Positions 14,001 through 26,000 of a DNA stretch of 64,000 bases are shown in pieces. How positions within the stretch are numbered: the stretch's first letter is position 1; the number at the start of each line of letters is the position of its first letter. The DNA lies in assembly GCA_905178155.1 (NCBI GenBank), contig CAJINV010000005.1:6187207-6251206 (forward strand), read 5' to 3'. This stretch comes from Amoebophrya sp. A120. Taxonomy: Eukaryota; Protista; Dinoflagellata. The notes under the pieces were generated by a model. It saw nothing but the letters and a program-made list of their open reading frames with translations. It searched no databases and was not told the DNA's origin. The position numbers and the translations under genes were made by a program.

Positions 14001-17000
14001 TATCCTGTGCAAAAGTATCGTGCTCGTAGTAATCGCAGTCATGCATTACAAACATCCATCCCAAGGCAAAACAACATGACATCGGTGATCTACGGGCAGC
14101 ATGACAAATTCCCTTTGTCATGCTCAGCTAATTTGTATTGCAATTTTTACTAAGTGCGATGCTTTTGCAATTCGTAGTGCCTCCGACGGATCAGCATGCT
14201 GATCCGAATCTTGACGCTGATAAAAGTTACTGTCGCAAGCGACGCCCTTCGTCGCGTCGTCGCACCTGTGGTCGCTTTCGCAGCACTTCTCTCTCTCCTT
14301 GCTAAGATCGCCATTGCACTCTTTGCTCCGGCACCGAATGGTCGCCGCATCATCCTTTAAGTGGGTTGCGGGACCACAGCTGGTAGAACTATCTGCAGAA
14401 GGCGGACTACTAAAAAAGCTGCAAGTTTTGGTGCAACACATACCTTTATCCCCAGCTTTGCACCTGGAACCTGCGCACTGCGCCCCATCGTTCCGGCCGA
14501 TTTTGCCAGGGTCGCAAAGGGTTATAAACTCGCACCTTTCTTTGCATTTCTGCTCCCCGTATGGCGTACCAGCACCGTCGTGCAGCTGTAAAGCCTCGCC
14601 CGATCCGGTGCACCTTACATGCACCTTTATGGCGTTCTCAAACGTTACATTCTCAACTGTTACATGATTTGTAATGCAAAACGAGCATCAACATTCACAA
14701 GGTGAAGCTACTTCGCATGACAAATTTTGGAAAGGCTAAACAGCACCTAAATCTGTGCGGAATTTGTGATGCTACAGATGCAACCTCCCTGCTTTGACTT
14801 TTGCCATTCTTGCATCACAAATCCATGTAACATTTGAGAATGTAACAGTTGAGAACGCCATAACCTTCCCGTTCGGATTGGTGTTGTGCGTCGCCGAGGC
14901 GCAGGTTACCGGTGGCGATCCGGTGTACACGTTATAAGCGCTGTACTGGTTGCCGGGGTAAGCAGCTACCGGATCCGTCCGCACGATAAGCCAACCGCCC
15001 GCCGGCGGCACAAACCCGTAGGCGCCCGAGGCGGTCGTCGGATCTGTGCAACCTTCGACGCAGCAGTTTGCTCTCTCCTCGTCCGTCGTCGCGCACGCGC
15101 CTTGGAGTGTGGGGCTGGACTTGCAGGTCAGAGAATCGGCATTGCTGCGATTCATCCACCCAGACCACACTCCGCTGCAGTCCAGCGTGTCTCCTGTGCA
15201 AAAGCATCGTACTCGTACTAATTGCGTGTATGCATTACAAATCTTTTTCTTAAGGCAAATCCGCATGACAAATTTAACTTGTAATGCTGGCCCAATTTGT
15301 AATGCAATTTATACTAGTACGATACTTTTGCAGTTCATAGCGTAGAGCACTTCGCATTCGCTTCGCAGCAGGTACTCTGGTCGCCGCTTGTTCCGCAACT
15401 CTCATTATCCTGTGCAAAAGAAGTATCGCACTCGTATTGCAGTCATGCATTACAAATTTTTTTCTGAAAGCAAATCCGCATTACAAATTTCATTTATCAT
15501 TTCTCATCATGCTGAGGAAATTTGTCATGCATTCATACGAATACGATACTTTTGCAATTCGTACTCATTCTCGCAGAACAAGGTCGCCGCATCGTCCTTG
15601 TGATGCGTCCCGGTGCTGCAGGTCAGGGAATCGCAGCTCGCACTCGCTTCGCAACAGGTACTCTGGTCGCCGTCTCCGCAACTCTCAGTCTCGCAGAACG
15701 AGGTCGACGCGTTGTCCTTGTGGTGAGTCCCGGCGTTGCACGTCAAGGAATCGCAGCTCGCACTCGCTTCGCAGCAGGTAACCTGGTCGCCGCTTGTTCC
15801 GCAACTCTCAGTCTCGCAGAACAAGTTTGCCGCATTGTCCTTGCGATGAGTCCCGGCGTCGCAGGTCAGGGTATTGCAGCTCGCACTTTCGTTGCAGCAC
15901 AAGTCGAGGTCTCGGGAATCGCTGCACGCGTTCGCCCAGCAGTGAGCGCTGGCCTGCCCCGTGTTGTAATGCCATCCGGCGCTGTCACATACGCCGTGGT
16001 ATATGTTGCCATGATAGCAATCCGGAGTTTCTTGGCAACACCTCGCTTTGTCGCTGCTATGATCACAGTTCTGATTCGTGCAGACGGTATTTGCCGCGTA
16101 TCCTGTGTAAAAACGTCCCCACCCCAGAGTTGTCATGCAAATCTTTTTTTTTTGATTAGGCCCCATTTTCATGTAGTTTCAGTTTCAGGTGCGCTTTCCG
16201 CTCGTGATTCGGCGGGGGTTAAGCCGTGTAACGAGTTCATCATTTTTTTAAGCTAGGAGCCGGCGCGCGTTACTTAACGTGTGAAATCTGATCTCACGAA
16301 CACCGGCCGGCGACCAAGCAGAACCGGGCCGACACAATATTTCACACAGTTAAGCAGATGGCGCGGGTATCTGAGTGCTGTTTTTTTTTGTACCAAATTT
16401 AAACTTGTCGCCTGCCCCAGCAACTTGCTCTCGCTTCGCAGCCGTTCTCTCCCTCCGCCCCACACGCCTATCCCACTTGGCCAAGTCCTCTTCGTCCTCC
16501 TGTAGCTCGAACGGTACGCGCGGCTCCCCTCATTGGCACTTGTCTTGAGCCCCTGGCCGTTTGTCTTGATTCCCTTGCCGTGTCCTCGCTAGCAGGCCGC
16601 GCCTCTTCCCCCGCTTTGCCGCGTTGTCTCCGATTCCGCGTTCGTTGCTCATGATGTTTTCTTTTTATCTCAGCCCAGCAATACTATACCCAACTGCGAC
16701 CCCTTCTATGTATCAAAGTAGTTCCAGTTTTCTACCTTACCAGCGCGGCTGCTTCGTCTTCACTTAAGTTTATCAATCAGTCTAGTCTTTTGTACTTGCA
16801 TTCACCTACATACTTCCTTATCCTAAATTACGCCCCCGCCAGCCACTTGCTGGAAAAAAAAAAGAACCGCGACACGGATTGCCTGGATGTTTTGGAAAAA
16901 GCACAGCCGGTGGGGGGGGACCACAGGAGTCACCCCCCCGCTAGCTGCGCGGCTGTTGAAGTATCTGCTTCTACTTTTTACATGCTTGTCTACGATTTTA

Positions 17001-20000
17001 TGTCTCACGTCGTTACTTGTTCATATAGTGCTTTCTTTCTTAAACGACGAAGCGCTTTCTTTCTTTCTTCACAACTTTTTCCACCAAGATCGCCATCATT
17101 AAGCTGCTTCGCATGACAAATCTCCGAAGGGGCTAAACAGCATGTAAATCTGTGCCAAATCTGTAATGCAAAAGGCGCAAGCTTCCCCCATTCACTTTTG
17201 CTGTTCTTGCAAATCTGCATGCTGAAAATGTTTCTCATGCGGAGCCCCATGAGAAGCATTCTATAGTCGTGCTTTGCAATTTGTCATGCTCTAATCAGCA
17301 TGGTGAGCTAGATTTGTGATGCTGCTGAGCTAGCTCAAACAGCACTACACAACTACGAATCCAAATTTGTCATGCAAAACAGCCAAAACTTGTGGATTTG
17401 TCTAGCCGATTCCACCCCATGATCTTGACTATGGTGTGGGGACATTTTTACTGAGGATACCGCGGTGCCCTTATTCCTCCACCCGCGGCCCCACTCGTTG
17501 CTGCATATGGAAGTGTCAGGTTTGAAATCGACAAAGTTGAAATAATTTCTCATGCAAAAACTGCAAGGCTTGAAGTGCCTGCCTTGCCGGGATGGCAAGT
17601 GAGGCCGACTGTCAGCCTGTTTACCGTTTCAAATAGAGCTGCTGCAGGAGCATGACAAAAGCAGTCGTCTGTACCCAAACAGCATGACAAATTGGATTCA
17701 GGTGCTCGGAAAATTTGTCATGCATCGCTTGGGAATTGGGCTTCCAACTAGTATCAATTTTATGCATTGCAAGTTATTTCAACTTTGACGATTTCAATCC
17801 TGACGCTTCCATACTGCACCCGTCCGGGTTACTGCCCCCCTTGTCGTGAATGAATTTGCATTTCGGATTCGGGTCGCAGCACCGGTCGCGGTCCTTGTTT
17901 GTGTCGCACTTCCCGGTGAGGCAATGGCAGGTCGCCCCACCATTCTTTCGGTGGTAGAAGGTGGGGCACGTCCCGTATTCGCCCGCCGGATCCTGAACGT
18001 CTTGCCAGAATATAGAGGGCAAATGAGTGATCTTAGGGAGTGCTCCTATCCGTAAGAAAAATCGCAGTCCGTCATGCGGATTTGCTATTACCTCCTGATA
18101 GATTTGTCATGTGAAAAGCACACCAAAAGCCACTCCATTCCATGCGGTCTGGTGTGATTTTTGGTGGGCGTTTTCGTTCGTTCGTGTGGATCGGCTCTGC
18201 CGACCGAGTGACCCATCGCCTCACATACAAATAACCGACATAGGCGAACCCCGTTGCGGGACATACAAATTGGCCGTACGGAACGAAGGGCCCTAAGCGC
18301 TACATACATAGTTCACCCTAGCGCCTACCACTTCGGTCGGGACTGAGTCAGCCTGGTCCTGGGGGTTCACAGCGCACTAGCCCTCTGCTAGCATAAACAG
18401 ACTGGGTTCTGCAAACTGATCTAACTTCTCATAACAGTAAGGCCATCACAGAGGTACGCTGAAACGGGATCGGGGCGCTCCGTACGGAAGGGGGCCTTTC
18501 GACGCGGCGCACACTCTCCTGTAGAGGTTTACGCGGAACACGGATGGGCCGCGCACGCAACTCAGTCGAGGAGGACACGCGCTCCCTCAATAGCAGAGGT
18601 GGTAGTCACTCACGGCGGCTGGCCTGTCTGAAAACGGTAATCCTTCCCCACCTCCCATCTTCCCGGTTCGTCAATGACTCTGGCAAGCCATGTTACTTAG
18701 ACTCCCCGCGCATGCATATATGGGACGGCTGGGGGGTTTTGCAAAGAGCTCTCGCCGCCCCTGATCTACTATAAAAGAAAAAGCCCCATGACTTCGGCGG
18801 AGCTGTTTAACTATTAGCTAGCTGATGGCCTCCTGTTTCATAATAGTCTTCCCTTTCTCCTCCTTTCCCCTTTCTCAATTTAACTCGCCTCCTTTCCCCC
18901 GCCTCACTCGCCTTCCAATTTCACTCGCCTTCCCATTTAACATGCTTCAATCTCCCTCCTCAATTTAACTCGCCCGCCAATTTAACGCGCGGAGCTGGCT
19001 GCTTTGTTTCGGCTTGTGGTGCAAAATCTTCGCTGTTGCTCTTCTCGGCTCCCCGACCTCTGCGCTGCGCCTTGTTTAGTCACCCTTTTTTTTTGGGCGT
19101 TTTGCAACACAAAAAGGGCTCTCCAGGCGAATCCGCATGACAGGCTGTCTTTTTTCTTCGGACTAGGAGCAGCCAGGAAGATCACTCATTTCCCATCCAT
19201 ACAGAAGCATCGCGCGTTCCCGTTGCACTTGTCCTGGCACCGCGATAAACTGCTGCATATGGCGTTCTCAACTGTTACATTCTGAACTGTTACATGATTT
19301 CTCATGCAAAATGGCAATCAGAATCGACATGAACATGATCAAGCTGCTTCGCATGGCAAATTCTCGAAGAGCCGAACAGGCTGAGAATCCGTGCCAAATC
19401 TGTCATGCGCGACGCGTTAGGTCCCCTCTTTTACTGTTGCCGTTCTTGCATGACAAATCCTGGAAAAACAGTTGAGGATGTAACAGTTGAGAACGCCATA
19501 CTGCACCCACCCGACGTATGGTCGTCCGGATCCTGGATCAGTGCGGATCCTGTGCAAAAGTAGTGTCGTACTCGTATTGCAATCATACATTACAAATTTT
19601 TTTCTTGAGGTAAATCAGCATTACAAATTTAATTTCTCACGCTGAGGAAATTATTTGTCATGCATGTATACGAGTCTACGATGCTTTTGCATTGCATAGC
19701 GCGGCGCAGAAAGCGATATCCGCTAGGAGCGCCCGGTCGGTATTGACATTAAAGTCCCTGATATCGTACGAAAGAATTGTTTCACTGTAGGGACAATTTT
19801 GCGGGTTTTGCATAACAAGTTTTCTCCAGCACATGACAGAGAAAGTCAAAATTTGCGGCCATGCGAGGTTCCTATACGGAAAGCACAGCTAAAAAGTCAA
19901 CGGCTTGCATGTGTAGCAAGACAATGGCAAACCCTTCTGGTTCATCTGGGATGCAATTTCTGCATTACAAGTTTACAGTGAAACAGGTTTTTCCTGCGAT

Positions 20001-23000
20001 ACGTGAAGAGGTCGTTCGCGAGACAGCCCGTTGTCGGTGGGATGTTTCTATCCTGTGCAAAAGTATCGTATTCGTAAGTCCTGCATTACAAGTTTTTTTC
20101 TCAAGGTAAGTCCGCATTTTATTTATCACGCTGAGGAAATTTGCAATGCATTTATACGAGTACGATACTTTTGCACTGCATAGTTTCCCGTGTTCGACTT
20201 CTTGACAAGCGAAAAGTGCTGCGAAGGAAGCAATGTTATCCTGTGCAAAAGTATCGTATTCGTATAAATGCATTACAAATTTCCTCAGCATGAGAAATAA
20301 CATTTGTCATGTGGATTTAGCTTAGAAAAAAAATTTGTGATGCATGACTGCAGTTACTACGAGTACGATACTTTTGCACAGGATAAGTGTGTCGCGCTGG
20401 CAATTTATCGGCTTGCTGGCGTCGTTTGCGTGCCACGTGAATTATGAACTGCAAAAGTATCGTACTCGTAGTATTGCAATACAAATTAGCTCAGCATGAC
20501 AAATGGAATTTCTCATGCTGATTTAGCTTGAAAAAGAAATTTGTCTTGCATGACTGCGATTAGTACGAGTACGATACTTTTGCAGAGGATATGAATCCAT
20601 CTTTGGCAACGACCCAGTTCAGAATATCGCCGATTATCAACTGTAAAAATCCCTGGATGTCTGGAAAAATCCAACTTGTCATGCTGATTTTGGATTCTAG
20701 AAAAATCTGTATTGCACGAGCAGCAAAGAGAGTCCAAGTTTTGCTACACGGAAAGAGCATTTGTCATGCGGTATAGGCATCAGGAAGCCCTCACCAAATC
20801 TGTGATGCTAGGGCATGCATCACAGACATCAGATGTCATGCAAAATGTGCATGACAAACCTGGCAATCTTCCAGACCCAGACATTTTTACATTTGATACC
20901 GATTCCGTAGCCAAACATATGGATTGCAAATATGTCTGGGTCTGGAAGATCGCCAGATTTGTCGCGCAGGTTTTCCATGACCCATGAGGTCTGGATGTAG
21001 GACATAGCATGACAGATTCTGCGGGACCTTTCTGATGCCTATCCTGCAGGAGAAACTGCCTCTCAATTAGGTCAAGAGTGCACAACTGTTGGCAATCATG
21101 CAACACAGTTTTTTTATTTTGCCTGATTCAGATTTAGCATGACAAGTTGCAATCATCCAGGTGGCCCAGACGTATTTGCATGTGATAGAACACGGGACAG
21201 AACTCAAAAAGGTGCGGACAGGACGTGTATGGGTTATTGTCGCACGCTATCAGGTGCAAAAGTGTCTGTGTCTGGAAACTTGTTATGCAAATCTACAAAT
21301 TGTGGGCGCACTGCAATACGCAGCCCAGCATGGCACGTTTTTGCGCTGCTCTGTGTTTCGTTTTTCGAATGACAAACTGCGTTTTTGCATGACAGGCAAG
21401 AGGCCCTGTTCCTGCTCATGCATCACAGATTTCTATACATAAGACTCATACCAGACAACATTGATGACAAACTTGCATTCTTCCAGACCCAGACATACTT
21501 ATTTGCATTTCATACACGCTTCGTTGCACTGATAGTCGTAACAGTTTTTGTATCGGAAGGAAAAATCCCCCCTCCCCATATCAAAACGAAATTTCTCATG
21601 CCGGATTTGTGTACACCAATCAGCTTTGTATTGCAGGAAGGTATTGCGGCCAGATCCCCATGCTGTGTAGGAGCGTATCGGTCTAGTTGTTCAGCATGGC
21701 AAACGGCTGCCCTTTAGGCTTAACAGCATGACAAATCGCTTCCATAATGGGGGCGAAGCTTTTGCCCTTGTCTTCTTGCAAGACAAATGTGATTTGTGAC
21801 CTCAAATCAGCAACACAAATTTTCGGAAACATGCCTTTTCGATATGGGGAGGGGGGATTTTTCCTCACAATATTTTGCCGTCCTCCGGCAAGCCTGTGCC
21901 CGCGTAGCCCCCGTCGCACACAACGCCGATATCAAATGTAAAAGTGTCTGGGTCTGGAAGAATGCAACTTGTCATGCTAAATCTGAAGCATGCAAAAATC
22001 TGTGTTGCATGATTACCAAAAGTCGCCCAGTTTTGACCAAGTCGGGAGGCAGTTTCTCATGCAGGATAGGCATGAGAAAGATCGCACAGAATCTGTCATG
22101 CTAGGTCCTGCATTCCAGACCTCATGGGTCATGGAAAAGCTGCATGACAAATCGCGCATTCTTCCAGACCCAGACATTTTTGCATTTGATAGCCGAACCC
22201 GCTGGCCGATTCGGACGGGGCGTCCGCCCGACGCCCACACTCCGAGTTGGCGAGAGTATGGCGCTCTCAAATGTTACGTTCTCAGCTGTTGCATGATTTG
22301 CCATGCAAAATGAGCATCAACGTCCAGGTCCACACGATAAAGCTACTTCGCATGACAAATTTTGGGAGGGCTAGGCTACTTCAACAGCATGGGAATCTGT
22401 GCCAAATTTGTAAGAGTGGGGTAACAAACCTCCCACCAGAAGTTGCAGGCCAACTTCCCATCCACCCGGCCGGGTGGATGGGAAGTTGGCTTGATTGGCC
22501 TGTCCGCGTCGCCCGCCCACCCCTCGCTCGCCCCTTCGCTACGACCAGGCGAAACTCGACCACCCTCGACAGCCGCAGTGTGCTGCCGTCTGTCCCCCCA
22601 TGGTTGTTCTTACGGGGCCCCGTATTTGGACAGAGACAGAAGCGGGCGGTCTACTCCAATAACGAACCCGCTGGATGCCCATCGGCTTCTTCAGAGATAG
22701 AGGCGCCGCGTCTTCTACAGTGGTAGGCTGCGACTTTGCGCAAACTCGCAACCACCCACCCAAGCCGGTGGCTTAGCTCGCAACCCGATGACGTTACGCT
22801 TCTGGGAGATCCGTTTAGTGTCAATCTCACTTCAAGTGAGATTGACTAAGGCAAACTAAACAAAATTTAACAATGTTAAATTTTGTTTAGTTTCTTAGTC
22901 GGCGAGATCGATCGTGGTAAGGCAAACGCCGCCACGAAACGCGCCCGCCCCGCCGAATGGCGGGCGAGAAATCTGCAAGCATGCAGAAGATAGCAAGCGC

Positions 23001-26000
23001 TGACGCTCGAAGAGCGTGCGCTACGTTGCTCGACCGCGGCACCCGCCCGCCCTTGTCTCGGTCGCCTGGGTATGACAGGCGCGCAGATCCTAGCTGCCAG
23101 ACATATGACGTTTCGCAACTGCTCGAACTCGCCAACGCATGCGCCGTCGTTGCGCGCCGTTGTTGTGGCGCCCTCGTGCGGCACTGAATGCGGTTGGTGT
23201 CGGTTTCACCTCAGCCCCTTGTGTGGTGTTGGCTGTGACCCCGCCTGCGGGGAAAATCAGCACTCGCTCCTCGCGGACCTCCACCTCCCTCACACGCGCG
23301 CATAACATCCGCGGCTCGCGGGCCCCGCGCATACGAGCGCGCGTGCAAAGGCTCGCACGAAATCGACGGCATGGGATGCAGCCTGCTGCCGCAGCTGCTT
23401 GCCCATGATCTGCCCTGCGGGAGGGCTCGCGGCTGGCGCCGTCGCGTCCCCATGTGCATATTGGCTTGACGTGTCGCGGACACCAAGCGCAAATGCGAAT
23501 AAAGAGGGCGGCTAGCTGTAGCTAGCGCTTCGCCCATATCAGCCGCTTTCTCGAGTCTCGTCGAGGGTGGAAGTCAACTCGTAACCACCCACCCAAGCCG
23601 ATGGCTTAACTCGCAAGCAACCAGAAGGCGTTACGTTTCTGGGAGATCCGGGATCCGGGGACGAGCGGGGGGTGGGCGGGCGACGCGGACAGGCCAACCA
23701 GGCCAACTTCCCATCCACCCGGCCGGGTGGATGGGAAGTTGGCCTGCAACTTCTGGTGGGAGGTTTGTTACCCCACTCTAATGCAAGAGTTGCAAGATCC
23801 GGCCTCTCCCTGTTGCCATTCTTGCATCACAAATTCATGTGACAGTTGAGCATGTAACAATTGAGAATCCCATAGAGAAAGAATTCGGTGTGCTCCCTCA
23901 GGTGGTCCCACGCCTGACCCGGAGCTTCCTGGTCCCAATACGAATCCGACGTGTTGCACCTATTGTCTAAATCCGTATACGGTATGGAATGCAAAAATGT
24001 CTGGGTCTGGAAGAGTCATGCTGTAGTTTTGGCATGACACAGAAGGTCTGGTATGGGAGCTCTGGCATCACAGTTTTCGAGAAACTTTCGCAATGCCGAA
24101 TCCGCATGACAAATGTCGCCCCATTTTGGTGGCAGAAACTGTAACTGAGCAGCTTTTGCTACCTATGCATGAGAGATTTTTCTGTGTCCTGAAATGCGCA
24201 TCACAAGTTTGTATTCTTCCAGACATCCAGGGACTTTTACATTTGATATACGGCGTCAGGAAACGATGGTACCCAATATCGCACGTAGAATGCTGCTATG
24301 AACTGCAAAAGCATCGTACTAGTATAAATTGCAATACAAATTAGCTCAGCATTACAAATTAAATTTGTAATGCGGATTTGCCTTAAGTAAATACATAAAA
24401 GCACTTAGTACGAGTACGATACTTTTGCACAGGATAGCTGCCCCCGTTTTAGCGGCCTGCATATCAAATGCAAAAGTGTCGGGGTCTGGAATGCTGCCGG
24501 GTTTGTCATGCATATTCTGCATCACCCAGGATGTCTACTGTAATGCACGGCCTAGTACAACGTAGCATCGCAGATTTTTAGAGGGCCTCCTGCTCCTGAT
24601 GCCTACTCCCCATGACAAATGCCCTCCCCGCGTAGCACAAACTCGCCTCCTCTTTCTGGTCATGCAATACAGATTTTTTTAGAGTCCAAAGTTAGCATCA
24701 CAAGTTCCAACCTTCGGCACCCAGACACTTTGGCATTTGATACTGCACGCAAAGGCACCACCGTCGTCGAAGAAGACGCTCGGGCTATCGTAAGGGAAAA
24801 CCCCTCCTCCCCATATCGACAAGGTGCGCCTCAGAAAATTTGCAATGCTGATCATTGACCAAAGATCGTCTCTGTCTTGCAAGAACGCAACTCCACAGAC
24901 AGCCGCCGCATTCTGCAGGCGGTTTGTGATGCTGTTGGCCCTACAGACTAGACATTTGCCATGCTCAGCGCCTAGCCCAAAACCTTCCTACTCAGGCTTA
25001 TTATAGGCCTGCAGGAGTCTTTTCCAGCAATACAAATCTGATTTGTATACGCAAATACAGCATCAGAAACTTCATTTTGATATGGGGAGGGAGGATTTTT
25101 CCTTTTGATACGGGTTCCGCAGTTTCAGCACTTCGTGCTGCAGTCTGAGGAGGCAAGATTGGTCTACCGCGACACTGTATGCATTGCAAATATCCCTGGA
25201 TGTCTGGAAGGTTTCAATTTGTGATGCTGTCTTACGATTCTGAAAAAATCTGTACTTATTGCATGAACAGCAAAAGCGGTCCAGTTTTTGCCACGGCGAG
25301 AGGGCATTTCTCACACCGTCTAAGCATCAGGAAGCCATCTAAAAGTCTGTGATGCTAGGCCATGCATCACGACAGACATCATGGGTCATGGAAAATACGC
25401 ATGACAAACCTGGCACGTTTCCAGACCCAGACATTTTTGCACTTGATACACTGCTAGGTGCTCCGCCTACCGCAGTCGAAGATGTGGCAGAATATCTACT
25501 TCCGCCTGTGTTTTCCAGATGACTTGTTCCGCTGCTGCTGCTGGTGTCGAGTTGTAATTGCGCACTGGTCCTCATTTCCGAAGGTGCTCTCCTCGTCGGA
25601 GAAGCTGCTGCAGCTGCAGTATTGTGAGGAAAAATCACCCCTCCCCATATCGAAAACGCGCGCTTTTCAAAATTTGCGATGCTGATTTGTGGCCACAGGT
25701 CGAGTCTGTCTTGCAAGAGAGCAAAGCCAGACCTTCCGCCGCATTTCGCAGGCGATTTGTAGTGCTGCTGCGCCAATGGGGCAGACATCTGCCATGCTAA
25801 GTGACTACCTCAAGCCACCCCTGTCCAGGCTTTGTATCTACCTGCAGTGCTCTACTGCAAGACAAAGCTGATTTGTGTACGCAAATACAGCATCACGGAC
25901 TTCCCCTTCGATATGGGGAGGGGGGATTTTTCATTTTGATATGCAGCTGCCGGTGTACTACTAGTGGCCCGGACCGGTGGACCGACTACCACCGACGTCA

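Noticed and set aside
18112-18990. Solo LTR or ribozyme in the intron insert
   Set aside because: No TG..CA ends with TSD, and no complete hammerhead or HDV core that I could identify.
20905-20913. ccgtagcca, matching the start of the dinoflagellate spliced leader
   Set aside because: Only 9 nt, and antisense within a coding micro-exon.
20513-22313. Many short ORFs sharing peptides such as PDPDIF, AKVSYSY, QTQTF
   Set aside because: Translations of introner TIRs, not a protein family.
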